From: Catajapyx aquilonaris
Taxonomy: Eukaryota
Length of the DNA: 56,685 nucleotides
Direction: 5' to 3'
NCBI GenBank assembly: GCA_000934665.2
Contig: KZ538646.1
Location: 1 to 56,685 of the forward strand
Positions within the stretch are counted from its first letter, which is position 1; each line of letters begins with the position of its first letter. A program made the position numbers and the translations under genes. Of this stretch, positions 25,792-39,465 are shown piece after piece. The notes beneath the pieces were generated by a model. It saw only the letters and a program-made list of their open reading frames with translations. It made no database searches and had not been told where the DNA came from.

Positions 25792-26313
25792 TATACTATG
25801 TGTAGAAAAACACTTGCAGCATGTGGCATAAAGCAAGGCAAAGGTGTTGCACCTTTACTGTTTTGTTATTGTCAATCAATTGAGGTTAAACATTATGCCT
25901 ATTCTCACGACAAAATGTATAGAAAAATACACAACTAACAAATTAGACAAGTAGCATTCTTAATGCTTAAGACTCAGAAAACACATTCATCACTTGAATA
26001 CATCACTTCTATTACTTTTGAGGGTCACTCGTATTACGAACAGTGAATCCAGAACAAGTGATTAATACTAAGTGAATGGCATGGATCAGCCACTTGTTAT
26101 ACATTTACCAATGATCATGCGACCAGTCCTTAATGCTGTCATCAACAACTCAACAACCTTTGGAGGATTGAAATTGTGTGTCTGAAGCATGTGCAGGCGT
26201 AGAGTAGCTCTGAAATAGTTTTATCATATGTGAAGGCTTATAAAATAATCCTTTGATATATGTTAAGTAACCCACTCTAGAAGGTTACTAATGCAGAGTG
26301 AACCACTACAATA

Positions 26314-27226
26314 CCGTAAGTGGGGGGGAGTTTGTGACAATTTTTGGGGTTTTTCGTATCAGCAGAAAAACAGTTTAATGTTTGTCCAATAAATGTCTTA
26401 TTAAGGTTTGTACCCCCATCCTTCCTCTACATATCCATGTGCAGATCATATCGATAACTTGACCCATTACAAAAATATTCACATATAGGCCTACATTTGA
26501 CACAGTCACCTCGCAATGCGGGATGACTTTGTGACAGTTGTCATTTCCTTCAGATTAACCATGAGAAACAGAAAATATAACAGAGTAACCCCACAAACTG
26601 TATTTTAGACAAATTTTCGTCTTTGCAATGATATATTATTTTATGAAATTGATCATTTATAATGTAATATTATGACAAACATTTTGTCATTTTTTTGGTC
26701 TTTTCGTTCAAGTCCTTAACTTCGTAAAGTTCTCGGCTGCTGATTTCTTTGGATATTCATTGGATGTGTATAATTTCGAGTTGTACAGTACCCTAAAGGA
26801 CCGGGACATAGGACAATGGTTAAATAATATCCGTGGACTGACTTTGTAATAAGTTAATGCTGTCACAAAGTCAGCCCGCAAAACACACTCGTATCTTCTA
26901 CAAATCAAGTACAGTCTTGCATCATGTTATATCATTTGTTAGCCAATGAATGTGTCTTCAAAATAATTTACATATTTTACTCGCATCGTAATTATGCTGG
27001 TCACTGTCAGGGAAAGTATTTGGATGAAGTGCCAACAATCCTCACAATTTGTAACCTTGGAATATGAATGCCAACAATGCACGAGGTGTAGGAGCTTCTC
27101 CAGCTGGATGCTAGGTGCCACCACATTCGCAGCCATCTACTGGCATTAGTTTCAGTCAAAAAGCTAAAATAATAGCGGCGCGAGAATAGAAAAACTGATT
27201 TGTCACAAAGTCACCTCCACTTAAGG
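26314..27226. mobile_element. pogo-like non-autonomous element
   Basis: TA flanks; ccgtaagtggggg..tttgtgacaa versus ttgtcacaaag...ccacttaagg; internal gactttgtgaca repeats. Confidence 0.7.
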
Positions 27227-28029
27227 TAATTATTTGATGCTTCCAACACTGCTTTAGACATTCATATAAATTATATGGTGAAGGCAGTCAAGCTACAACA
27301 CTTACTTGGCATAAGAAAGCTGCAATATGGTTCTAATGTGTTAAATAATAATAATTATTCACTCCTGCAAGGACGAAGAGTCTCCATGTCTTCCTGTCAC
27401 TTTTTCACTCAGCCATCCTTGATTGGAGAGACTTGTTTCCATAACCAAAATAATTCAGTGAATAAGTTGTCATTTGGTGGAGGGGTGGGGAAATTGTTGC
27501 CTTATCCACTTTTGAAACATTTTTGCTGCACAAACCTGTTGTTGTAAATGAACCACACATTATTTGGCCAATTGGAAGGTGACTGGGCCCCCACTGAATT
27601 AACTCCTGACGTACATTCCTCATGACTTTACCTTAATCTAACATGAAAGCACAATTTCTGTGGCTCTGCCATCACACCTATTACCATATGAGGCAAGTGC
27701 TTGCCAGAATTTTTAAGGCAAAGGAAATTTCAAACTTCACATGTGTATAAGTGACTCCATCTGACTGTACTGCGAGTCCCCATTTTGAGTCTGTAATTGG
27801 ATCCAAGCCCCCTCCGTGGGTAATGCAGAATCTTATGTTTTATACCATACATAGAGTACCTAGGATGAGTTTACAGGACAGATTATACACATTCAGACAT
27901 CAAAAACAATTAATATACAGTACTGTAGTAAGTTTTACACATACCTATGGTACAGTTTAATTAATGAATAATCATTCATGTTCAGACATCAGAAAAACAG
28001 TTTACTAAATAAGTGTAGGATAGATTTAA

Positions 28030-28492
28030 CCCTTAACTACGTAGGTGGATCCTGATAGGCTCCAAGCACTATTTAAACGCATGTAACTTTTTCATTGAAT
28101 TTTATTTTCCCCTGTCCTTCCGTGACTTTGTCAGAAAAACCTTCCTAAGCATGAAAAGGAAAGAAAAATTTTTTTAGTCCCAATTCTTTGGGTTTAAAAA
28201 AGTCGTAACAAGGAACAGGTCCCTCTGGAACCGCTCAGGCTCTATATCTCAGGTGAAGCCTGAGCAGCTCAAACACATGTAACCTTTTAATTACAAATTT
28301 TTCCGTCGGAATATGCTGACTCAGCGTGTGATTTTTACGTTTTCGGAAGCCTAATGATCTGAACTGCACTTTCTGTATGTGAAAAGTCCAATATAACAAT
28401 TTAGCTGATAAGCAGAAATTTAAATATACCGTTGGAGCCTCTAAGGCTCCACCTACGTAGTTAAAGGTGTTTCCCACCTACGTAGTTAAGGG
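28030..28492. mobile_element. piggyBac-type MITE
   Basis: TTAA TSD; TIR cccttaactacgtaggtgg, with a second inner copy at the right end. Confidence 0.85.
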
Positions 28493-31400
28493 TTAACAAT
28501 ACAGCACTGTACTGTAATAAAATGTATGTTTTTACAATCAATGTTTTATGTAATAGTTTCAAATTGGGGAAATCTGAAACTCTCAATAATGAAGACTCAC
28601 TGTATGTGGTCATCTGATGTCATACAAAAAAAGGTGACTCAGAATTGGTTACGTGACACACGCCCAACAGTTCTGAGTTAGAAGGGCAACTAGTGTGCAA
28701 CTGATGCAAGAACAAACTTGCACGCTAGTCTAGGCAGTATAATACATTACTCTATCTGCCTCGGAGTTTGTCAAATTATGCACTCTTACCTCACTCTCTT
28801 GCCCTTAATCTTAACACCTGAAGCCATGTTGCAGTAGCTTGTACTACTGTTAGTTTTGGGACTTCCAAGTGTCTTGCATCTATGCAGTGTCATCTTGACT
28901 ATTCATTTCTGCTTGAGGCTTTACTTGCAGAAGAAATAATTTTGGAAAAAATTAATTTGGAGGCGCCTCTCTGTGCTCAAAAGCTACCAGAGTGGTAATA
29001 TGCCCCCATGATATCATATTAAATATGTGTCTCTTTTTTTATTTTTCAACAGGGAGGGCCTAAATCCAGCAATACATACATTTATTAGAAGAATGAGCTG
29101 TACCTTGTACTATACAAAGATAGGTAATATGCATATGGTATTTATGTGGACCATACCTTTGCAATATAGGACCTTAGTCCTGGTAGCTTTCGAGCCATTT
29201 TTGCCATTAACCCAACTCTCACTTATCCTGTTGCAGTTATTTCCATCATCATACTTCAAGCGCATGAAGCAAATCCTGCAATATTTTTTGTGATAAGTGC
29301 GAGTGTAACCACTGCATCTGCTGCATGATAACTAATTTGACAAGACATTTTAAAATCGCAGTTGTGATGAGTGGAAGGTTGGCTTGGACCCAGACTTCCA
29401 ACTCATTTTGTTTAATATCAAACTCATTTTTGGTGGGATTTGTGATTCTTGAATGTCTCAGCATAAAAATCCTTGGAAAACATCATATGTGATGATGAGA
29501 CTTTTATAAAGTAAAGTAATTCTGAATTCCATGGAAAACATATCATGCCACAGAAATGTGAACTGCAAAAAGTTACAGGGTGCTAAGCAGAGGTGTTTGG
29601 TATGAGTCTCACTTTGAAAGTGCCGTTTACCAGCACATTAAGCTACAGCGTTATAAGAACAGTGACAGTCCGTGGTTACAGGTCTAATTATCTCTTAACT
29701 TAGGAGCAATTTTATCACTGGCCACAAAGATTCCTCACAAGAGTTTATGTAAGTTTATGCAACTATATGGCAAAAATTTGCCTGCTTGCGAGACCATCCT
29801 GAAGTGGTTCAGGAAGTAACCAATCGTTATTTTAATTCATAATCTAAGGCTAAATAAGATCAAAAGCTGTGCCTTTTGCTGTAGGGTAAGGAAATTTACA
29901 AATATTTGATATCTTGTAGTACCAGGCTGGAAAAGAAGGAAATAAGTTCAACAGTTTGAATCTAGACATGTGTATTACAGACACCTTCTTGAAACACCGT
30001 ATTATTTATTACAAACATAGGAGAAAGCCGAGACTCATAAGTAGTAGTGTTCTCACAACTGGCGAGGCCATTTTACTTTTTACCACATAACAAGGATTTG
30101 GTATGCATGACTAACAAATCTGCCTTTAATTCTCCATCTTGTAAATTTTTGGGTATCTTTCATGCCCAGAATTGTTTTAAGATCAGCATTATTGATGTTA
30201 ATATGGATATGCTTGGATGACTTTAAGTTCTTAAGGGTAATTGAATTTGTCAAGAAAAAGAGTTTATTTAACATTCTGAAATGCCACCCACTATTTTAAT
30301 ACTTTGTTGCCATTGTAACATTTTATAGAGTTACTAACACAAGTTTGCCTTCCAGAAGCTGAGTTTGGAAAGCGAATGAAATTTTGTATGCAGAGTTCGA
30401 TGTAAGTGTTAATTATTTCTGTCTGATTCTTGCCATGCATTACAGCCCTACAAACCTCAATACTCTGACCTGGACTATGCTGATGTGGACTACAAGTCAT
30501 ATGGACCAATCAATTATAAGCAGGCATCTGTGATTGCTGCTCAACAGACAAAAAAACAACAGGAAGGTGTGCCTGCCCGTCCACCCCGAAACATTTGATG
30601 CCGCGTTCTGGTGACATAGGGATAAAAAGTGATTAACTGACGAGTGGTGTCTCCTATCTTTGACCTATACATTTTAAAAATCTGCATCAGTGCCAATGGA
30701 ATTTTTCATACTTGAAATAGCATTTTCTTTTTTTGTGGTGCTGCTGTTTGCTGTGCAAAGAACCAGCCGAGAGGTTTCTGTGGCGTGGACACAACAGAGT
30801 TGTAGCCGTCGAGGTCTGCTCGGATGGATATGTGTGTGTGAATGTGAGGATGCATCTTTTTTATATTGCAGAGGAACTGCATTGGACTTCAGATCAAAGA
30901 AGACTTTGATGTATCTTTGAATGTGAGCTTCCAAAGGGCACTTTGTTTCTTTCAAATGCTTTGTGAGGTTCCAGTCCGTATCAGTTTAATCCCTTGTTGA
31001 TGGTGAGATTGGCAATCGTTTTGAGTTATGAGCACTTTTAGCTAGTAGGCTTATTCAGTACCAACTCAGAGGCATGGATTTTTTTCTCTATTTTAATCCA
31101 AGCCCTCCTGATGATGTTGTAAAGAAAAGATATGGTACTGACCATGTTTTGGTGGGGAATTGTTGCAAAGCTGTACATAATAGGGAAAAAAAACTCAAAC
31201 TGTGATGCGTGATTATTCTGAATTCTACAAATAATCAGGAGAAGAGAAACAATCGCATTAACAACAAGAGTTGCATGTTGCATAATTTTGTTCACTGTTA
31301 AGGTAGCCCACCTAATATGGTATATGTTTGATGTCTGTAAATTGGCACAGTTTCGATGCCAAAGAAATTGGTTGCTTTACTTTCAATTTGTGATTTTGGA

Positions 31401-31814
31401 AACACGTAGGGGAATTGTTGGTTTCAAATATCATTTGTATGTACAATTCCATGGGTGATTCACCCAAGGCGGTGAACATCAAAGTTGTGATAATGAATAG
31501 GCAGAGTAAATAAACAACATTTGTATGAGAGCAGTAATATGACTTATGCTGTAAACAGTTTAATATCCATATATTAAAGAATGTGTCTACACTATACGTT
31601 TCTACATAATAGAGGCCCATTAAAGGCAGATTGCTACAATGAAAAAGTAACCGTGTAATGCCGTATAATATTTTTTTAACGAAAATGAGTGGGTTACGAA
31701 CTACACTCAACTACTCTCTACAACTGAAATATCCCACTTTACTACATATCGTAGGCATGCAAGTAAAATCCAGTATGTCCAATTCTGCCAGTTTTGAGTT
31801 TTTAATTCCACTTA

Positions 31815-31939
31815 TGGCCGGTTTCACCAAGCCCGGTTTTCATAAAAACCCCGGCTCTTTCGGTAAATCGATTCTATTTGCAGGGATTTTCCGAAAGAAC
31901 AGGGGTTTTTATGAAAACCGGGCTTGGTGAAACCGGGCA
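31815..31939. mobile_element. PIF/Harbinger (Tourist-like) MITE
   Basis: TTA TSD; nearly fully palindromic, with TIR tggccggtttcaccaagcccggttttcataaaaaccc. Confidence 0.8.
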
Positions 31940-32367
31940 TTAGTCACATTTTTTTCTGCTCTAGCACCTAGTGAGGTCCGTTTAGTCCTACAGATTCTTA
32001 ATTATGCAGCTCAGTCAGTCCTATAATGTGTGGCTGATGGAAGCAAACAAGCGCAACATTATCTTTGATTTGAATTACCTTGCAAGTTGAATTCTTGACT
32101 TATTGTGTTTCTCTTGCATGCCCACGACATGATGCTTGTTCAAGTGATTGTGGACTTTGTATTACATCAAAATTCATGGTACTTTATGGCCGAATATCTT
32201 ACTGTGTTCACTTGAACAGGTTCTGAATTTATATTTCAGTGGCATCTCCGTGCAACATCACTGATTTTCAACATCATCATCATCATTCATTCATTGACAT
32301 GCACCTTATAACACATGTTCAAGTGATGATCTATGCTAAGAAAGCTAGAAATCCTTATTTCCACTCC

Positions 32368-32568
32368 TCACTCCCCACTTTCTGGTACCAGGCACTTGAG
32401 GATTTCATGGCCAATTGCCTCTGCCATAGGTGGAGGCACTGCATTGCCAACTTGCAGGTACCTGTCAGCGATGCTCCCATGAAAAGTGTATGCATCTCGG
32501 AAGCCCTGGGAACGAGCACACTCACGCACGCTCACCAAACGATGCTGATCAGGGTGCAAAACCCTACC
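32368..32568 (-). CDS. DNMT1: DNMT1-family final coding exon, motifs IX-X
   Basis: ttacag|[26 protein letters not shown]...[21 protein letters not shown] stop. Confidence 0.95.
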   Translation of the reverse strand, partial: GRVLHPDQHRLVSVRECARSQGFRDAYTFHGSIADRYLQVGNAVPPPMAEAIGHEILKCLVPESGE

Positions 32569-32829
32569 CTGTAACATAAATAAAACCATTGAAATTCTGA
32601 AGTTTTGTAAATGCACTGCACACACATGATCACTGAATTAAATAGCCAAGATGGCACACCTCCCAAGTCCATTTTTTCTTGAAAGTGCATTACCTGTGCT
32701 ACTCTCGGGTATGAGGAGCCACAGTTCAAGAAGCAGAAAATGCCAAGTCCAGTCGGAAAGGTCAGAAACAGACCCCTCATCAATATCGTCATGATGCCAC
32801 AAATCCCATGTCCAGGACTTGGGACACAT

Positions 32830-33432
32830 GGAATGCAAGAAGCACATGAAAATCCAGCAGAAGCAGTTATTTTCACATGAGTACATCAGAATATCATGAC
32901 AGCCCATGACCAGTGACCTCATTCATCGTCTGAACCACCTTCATCACTGCTTCTTCCAACAAGCCCATCAATGTATGCCCTGGCCTCAGCACTCAAATGC
33001 TCCCACAGCTTCTCGACATCCAACAGCTTTGCTTCTTTTATAGAGAGATCTTGGGTGTAGAGTGGGTCTGTCGGATGTCCCACATGCACATTTTTCCAGA
33101 GCAACTGTCCCTGACATGGCTAACGGCACTCTCACTTCGTATTTGTGGGTTACACTGTCCGTGAATATCTTATATTCGTAATCTTGTACTTCTGGCCAGA
33201 AGACGCGTGGGACATGCTAGGACCCACACTACACCCAGGATCTCCCTATAAAAGCAGCAAGCTGTCAGATGTGAAGATACTTGAGTGCTGAGGCCAGGGC
33301 TTGTTGGAAGAAACAGTGAAGAAGGTGGTTCAGATGATGAATGAGGTCACAAGTCATGGGCTGGCATGATATTTTGATGTACTCATGTGAAAATAAACCG
33401 CTTCTGTTGGATTTTCATGTGCTTCTTGCATC
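32830..33432. repeat. Inverted duplication of about 160 bp in the last DNMT1 intron
   Basis: About 32830-33000 is the reverse complement of about 33278-33432 (e.g. tgcaagaagcacatgaaaatcc and ggattttcatgtgcttcttgca). Confidence 0.8.
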
Positions 33433-33695
33433 CAAGATGGCATAATATCCCAAGTCCACCACCTACAAGAACCTGCCAAAAACTCTGCCATCAACAGGTT
33501 AAGTGATAAGAGGGGGAGTGACCAGACCTTAGCATTTTACGACAGTGTCTGAAACCATCCTGCTCATAGATTAAACCAATCTGCCTCTTCCATGCCAAGC
33601 AAAACCTCATCAGGAAGGCCAATGTGAAAACTCCTGCCATGCCCTTTCAAAATCGGATTGGCTTGGACAGCATCATTTCTGATTTATTGCACATA

Positions 33696-33859
33696 CAGTA
33701 GACTCAGGATAACACAGACTTCAAGGGACTGCGAAAATCAGTCTGTTATAGCCAGATACACAGGCCATATTAGAAGTAGCCTATGGCAAGACCAGCCTTG
33801 CGAGTCTGCTGTAACCGAGAGTCTGTTAGAGCCAAGGCTGTTATATCCAGAGTCAACTG
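33696..33859. mobile_element. Tigger-like MITE
   Basis: TA|cagtagactc..gataac ... gttatatccagagtcaactg|TA; related ends at about 50820-50902 and 51100-51162. Confidence 0.65.
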
Positions 33860-33910
33860 TATATCCAAACCTGGCATCTTGGAATTTACCCCTTCAAATA
33901 CATGTACAGT

Positions 33911-34276
33911 GGGGAGATGAAGTGGCGCCGCGGTAACACGTGCTCCCACGGATATGAAGGTCCCGGGTTCAATCCCCACCCGGGGTTCCCACCTTTATCC
34001 GTGCAGAGTTGGGCCATCTCTGGCTTCATTTCGGGTGGCAATTTCCGACAGACTAAGCCACCCGGGGGAGTTCACAAAATGACCAATTAACGACAGCGCA
34101 CATGCACTTTGCACATCCCCTCCCACCTACCCTTGGAGTACACTAATAAGATCCTTCTTAACTCACTCCAACAAATCCCGATGGTGGTAATTCCACCCCC
34201 CCCTAAGGAGTGGATAGCTCCCCCTGTGGGGTAATGTAAAAAAATAAAAAAAAATAAAAAAAGAAGAAAAAAAAAA
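33911..34276 (+). mobile_element. tRNA-derived SINE family B, poly(A) tail
   Basis: A/B boxes, core ccacccgggggagttcacaaaatgacc, A-rich tail; TSD acatgtacagt at 33900-33910 and 34277-34287. Confidence 0.85.
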
Positions 34277-34283
34277 ACATGTA

Positions 34284-34683
34284 CAGTACCCTGCATTAAT
34301 GGCCATGCACAGACATCGCCACCTGGCGGGATTGAACGGAACAAGGCGTCGGTGGGCTGTGTCCAAAATACTTTGATCACCAAGACTGCTCACGAGACCG
34401 CTCTAGACGGCTCAAGATATCGCGGTGGATTAACAGGCATTCACGTGGTCCGTGTAATAACTGGTTCACAACCTCAATACATTGATAGGAATCGCAATGG
34501 CCTTATAATTCATCCCACAGATATATCTGTGATCCGCTGTGATCCATCTTTGTAGCAAGCGTTTGAATCAACAGCGATATCTTGAGCTGTCGAAGTATTT
34601 TGGACGCAGCCCACCGGCGCCTAATTCCGCTCGTTCTTGGACAGGTGGCGATGTCTGTGCATGGCCATTAATGCAGGGTACTG
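34284..34683. mobile_element. Tc1/mariner MITE, young
   Basis: Perfect TIR of about 42 bp (cagtaccctgcattaatggccatgcacagacatcgccacctg); TA TSD; inserted in the SINE right-hand TSD. Confidence 0.88.
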
Positions 34684-34771
34684 TACAGTCATGAGCATAA
34701 ACATGTGGATGGTAGATCAGAACTCTGCCTATGGTCTACCGCCCTCCACAGCTTTATGCTCGCAACTGTAC

Positions 34772-35324
34772 TAGGGCTTCAACATTTATCCCGATATCCG
34801 AACCCGTTGGGGATCCCTCTTCCCAGATCCACACTATCCGGATAGTGTCGGACCCCCTGGGTAGTCCGGGTTGCCGATCCGGTCTGAGACACACTGTACC
34901 CATCCGGATCCGAGGATCCTGATCGAAGGTTTGTTGTGAAAAATGAACATATTTCATTTATTGGTGGCAGGTAAAAACTTCCAGTCAAATGGTCCATCCC
35001 CAAGTATTTAATTTGAAAATTGAATTAACCTAATGTTTTGACATGGTCAATAGGCCTAATGAATTACTTTGGGATGGACCATTTCACTGTAAGTTTTTAC
35101 ATGCTGCCAATAAATGCGTTTTTAATTATGCGAATAAAATATGTTCATTTTTCACAACAAACCTTAGATCCGGATCCTAGGATCCTGATGAATACAAAGT
35201 GTCTCGTACCGGATCTGCAACCTGGACTGTCCGACACTATCCGGATAGTGCGGATCTGGGAAGAGGGATCCCAAACAGGTTCGCATTTCCGGATACCGGA
35301 GAGTCCGGGTATGTAGAAGCACTA
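34772..35324. mobile_element. hAT-type MITE with long inverted arms
   Basis: 8-bp TSD aactgtac at 34764-34771 and 35325-35332; ends tagggcttcaaca and tgtagaagcacta; atccgg subterminal repeats. Confidence 0.85.
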
Positions 35325-35694
35325 AACTGTACCCCATTGGAGGGTACTACCGCAGGCATACTGTTCAGAGAGGGCCAGAAGAACGTTGCAAACTCAATGC
35401 TGTGCTACACATTTGGTAATTTAGGGTAATTTCCAAGATAGACATTGCTGCCGCAGGTAATAACTTTAAGTGGAAATTGTAGGAAATACTCACACAAACA
35501 AATATGAAACTCAATTTTCCCCAACCTGTTTTCAGAGTCCTGGTGTGAGATCTGTGAATTTGTAATTTTTTCCACTTTAAATTAGCCCAAGGAGGAAATT
35601 GGAAGGTGCAGGATTTTGCATTTTAATTTTTATAGCAGTAGTAGATCATGTTCAACTTCTACAGTTGCAAATCATTAACCAAATCTCACATTAA

Positions 35695-35853
35695 GGCCAG
35701 GTTGCACCGGTTCCCCGAAAATTTATCCGTCCAAAAAAGAGCAAGGATAGTTTGTTATTCATTGCTGACAGCATTGTTGACAACAATGAAAAACAAACTA
35801 TCCAGGCTCTTTTTCGGCCGGATAAATTTTCGGGGAGCTGGTGCAACCTGGCC
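35695..35853. mobile_element. PIF/Harbinger MITE
   Basis: TAA TSD; TIR ggccaggttgcacc..ccccgaaaatttatccg. Confidence 0.82.
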
Positions 35854-36039
35854 TAAATCAGATTGGTGATTGGGCGGTGCCAGTTTCATTTATCGGACAA
35901 CACTAATCTTCAAGCAGGGTGTTGCACTGGGCCAACATTACTACATGCACAGAATAATTCATTGACAACCATAGTACACATTATGTGACTCAAAAATTGG
36001 GCATTGAAATGGTCTGAATAAGAGGAGCAAGATTTTTTC

Positions 36040-36098
36040 TAATAATAATAATTATTATTTTTTTTTATTTTTTTTTTTTATTATTATTCTTATTATTA

Positions 36099-36172
<74 letters not shown>
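36040..36172. repeat. (TTA)n microsatellite
   Basis: Directly visible. Confidence 0.95.
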
Positions 36173-36545
36173 TACCTCCCTGCCTCCAAACGCAGGGAGG
36201 GTGATTTCTGATATAAATGGTTAAACCAAAGTTTTTTTCAATTGCAAATTTGCCAACTGCACACCTTCATTTTCACAACTCACGAAACAGACAGGAAAAA
36301 ACTGAGCTTCACTTTTGCTTATCATATAATTTCCTATGAGTGCCACTAAAAATTGCGGCCTGCAGAGACAAAATTGATTGTCACACATCCTTTGTGTTTG
36401 AAAGGTGGTCCTCACCACATGTGACATCACATTTCAGCTCTCAAGACAACATCACCAGAGATTTTAAAACTCACTCCTCCTGTAATAAGCTACTACCAAG
36501 TGTAAAAGAAGTAACCTGTAAATAAGGATATAAATCAGCTCTGAC

Positions 36546-36807
36546 CTGCTTCCGAAGAGGGTCAGGATTTGTAGTGGTGGTTCTGAAGATCCCGTCCCAG
36601 GATAGCCTCCCATAGACCCCATCCCAACCGTTGTGCCTGTTCGCAGTATGGGCCATGCACCAAGGGATCAGGGAATTCCGGTGGTGACCAGACGCATCAA
36701 AGGCCTCCTCATCACAGGCCTCCTCATCACCTGTTGCACACTGGCACACACCACGACCGACACCAGTACTTGACACTCCGTGTTTTGCATCACGATACCG
36801 GTACTCC
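36546..36807 (-). CDS. DNMT1: DNMT1-family exon, TRD zinc site and recognition loops
   Basis: aaccag|G and CAG|gtcaga; RGVCQC...ACD...NSLIPWCMAHTANRHNGWDGVYGRLSWDGIFRTTTTNPDPLRKQ. Confidence 0.93.
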
Positions 36808-37131
36808 CTGGTTCAATAAAGGGACCTTTATTATTATCAAAAAATCACAGGAAATGAGTGCAGTGAGCCAAAGTTATCACAAGTTCATAGTCCACGGTTT
36901 GGAAATATTACATACATACTCCTTAAACCATTAAATTTAAAAATCCAACCTGTATTTTTATTACAGTAGGCCTACAGCAGTGTATTGTCATAACTATCCT
37001 GTTGTGTTGTTCATTATTTTTGTCGATATCTGACGGTGTATCATGTGTGATTGAAACTTATCACAGGAACTCGCTTTGCGAGGTGGGGGGGCTCCGTCCC
37101 CCACACCCCCCTTTGGGGCTGCGCCAATCGA

Positions 37132-38202
37132 TTGGAAATTTGTGAAGCCATCGACTGCGGACATTGCAATGAAAGTCTGTCGAAGAGAAACCCTGGAAAA
37201 GTTTGCCACTCAAGGTGGCTTACAACCGCAGACAGGATTCTCAGGCTCTATGTATCTTACAAAAATTCATCAGAGGCGTTAGTGACATTAACGACATTCA
37301 TCGTGTGTGGTTCAAAATCAAGACAAAACCATCGATCATTTATAGTGCGCAGCATTTGCATCAATCAGTCATTCTATCATGTTATTTGTAGAGTGATTTG
37401 AAAGATGTCATCGACCCTGTTATTAAAAGAAACTGGTTTTTTGGCCATCCTGAAAATGTCCTGATATCAATGCTGGCTGACGAGAGAAGTGACATAAAGG
37501 AATTGGCCCTTTGAAGAATCCTGAAAGCGCGGTACAAGTCAAACGGTCTGCTGCAACAATTGCATCGAATAATATCTGTATCTTCAATTACCAGAATTTG
37601 ACCTTTGTGCGACTGATTATGTGATTTGATTAAGTGGGAAAATGTGACTGAATGATTTAATGATGACACAATTTCAGAAGCAATGATAAACCCAGCAATC
37701 ATTCACGCCGCCATCTTACCTACCATCAAGGAGTTTCCCTGCCACACTCAAGTTACAGAACGAGTAGTCAAAATTGTCACGGAAGCATCTGCTGCTGTCT
37801 GCAGACCATGCAGAAGAGACGGATTTATTAAAAAATTGCCTGGAATCACGAAAACTCATGCCAGTTTTCAACACCAAACGTGATTACCATCCACTGTAAT
37901 TTCGATGTCTTTTAAGGGTTTTATTAATTTAATGCTAAAGAAACTGTTCAATTTATGATTTTCTTTTTCCTTGTCTTCTCTTTGTAATAAGCATTAAAAA
38001 TACTAAAATGCCTGTTTCACTTTAACATAAATTACTTTCAATACTACCATAAAAATGCTCAAATACCTAAACTTCAACCCTTTTGGGACAGTTAACCTTG
38101 AATTTTTTATTTTATTTTTCCCATATCTATATACCACAAAACATCTTTTCCGCATATGTAGGTTTTGAAATCTTGTAGTAGAAAAAATTCGATCCACCCT
38201 AA
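37132..38202 (+). pseudogene. Decayed DNA transposase 3' half plus terminus, hAT-like (possibly hATm)
   Basis: Frameshifted fragments HSRWLTTADRILRLY, FFGHPENVLISMLADE and FPCHTQVTERVVKIVTEAS...RDGFI; ends caccctaa. Superfamily assignment is from memory. Confidence 0.7.
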
Positions 38203-38629
38203 TATGCATAGAGCATGCAATGTGTTTTTTTTATGAATATTACGGAACCTGCCAAACACGGAAACGGACAGGATTTTTGACTCCCTTCAGAGAAAATCTC
38301 TGTTCGTAATAAAAATCAAAAAGGTTCACATGATCACCTGTGAGTCAAAAAAATAGAAACTACAGACGGGTTCACTCTTGGGCCTTTTCTGGACCATCCG
38401 ACACCATACTATCTCTCATAATTGCTGGAATTGCTACCAATCCATGGCCTTTACGATAAAAGGTGAGGTAAGGGGACTAATATTTTGGTTAGAAAATGGA
38501 AAGACGGCTTTCAGGGATGCCAAGAAGACTTGACTGTGATTCGTAGGTGCCCTGCCTTCTAGTTCAAGGTTCAGGTTTTAAAATGTCGGGGAAGAGAAAC
38601 GTTGACACAGGCTCAGCGTATTGCCCATG

Positions 38630-38870
38630 TCTGGGCCAATGGTCCAGTAGAGCAGACAAAATTAATAGCCCAAAAACTTGGTGTGGCAAAATTTAGTGCT
38701 TCACATGGGTGCTGGAAAGTTTTCGCAACAGGCACATAATTTCATGGAAAACAGTGTGTCGTGATGCTAATATCGTGAATCTCAAAGAAATAGACAATTG
38801 GCAGGAGAAGGTGGGAAACGTTTGTTCGGGATATTCCAAGGAGGACATTTTCAACTGAAACGAAATTACC
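38630..38870 (+). pseudogene. pogo/Tigger (CENP-B-like) transposase remnant
   Basis: Frameshifted IAQKLGVAKFSASHG/LESFRNRH and EDIFN..ETKL resemble the CENP-B-type HTH and the start of the DDE domain. Confidence 0.6.
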
Positions 38871-39009
38871 ATAATTTTTAGATGTGCTGTATGCTGGGAA
38901 AAACAGACTATTCCACAAAAATGCCAATGTATGATTTTGCACCATATCGAGGTGTAAGATGCTTATTTTTGCTCTACCATTTCCGCCTCTTTCTTATTGG
39001 CAAAAAATA

Positions 39010-39355
39010 GAGAGACGGAGTGGCGCCGCGGTAACGCGTGCGCCCACGGATGTTAAGGTCCCGGGTTCGATCCCAGCCCGGGGACACCCCCTTCATCTCG
39101 TGCAGAGTTCTGGGGTCGTCTCTGGCTTCGTCTCGGGTGGTATTTCCACAGACTAAACCACCCGGGGGAGTTCACAAAAATGACCAAGCACCGTTACCGC
39201 ACTGCACTTGCACATCCCCTCCTGTCTTCCTGCCCGTGGGCCCGGGCGCTTCGAATATGGTTCCACAAATGTACTGTTCGTTGAAAATAAAGGTCCGTGC
39301 TGATACCCTTTGGGTGAGCACTAACCCATCAATTATTATTATTATTATTATATTA
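39010..39355 (+). mobile_element. tRNA-derived SINE family B, (ATT)n tail
   Basis: Same head and core as 33911; 16-bp TSD ttattggcaaaaaata at 38994-39009 and 39356-39371. Confidence 0.88.
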
Positions 39356-39465
39356 TTATTGGCAAAAAATATCGGTAACATCCTTGATCTGAATATAGCG
39401 GAACCCTATCCATTACGAAAAATTTTTGGGGTCCCGTACAATTCCACAGTACAGAGTTTGCTCTG

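Noticed and set aside
29690..29820. Possible mariner N-terminal HTH remnant (LYGKNLPACETILKWFRK)
   Set aside because: Too short and degraded, and no TIRs could be delimited.
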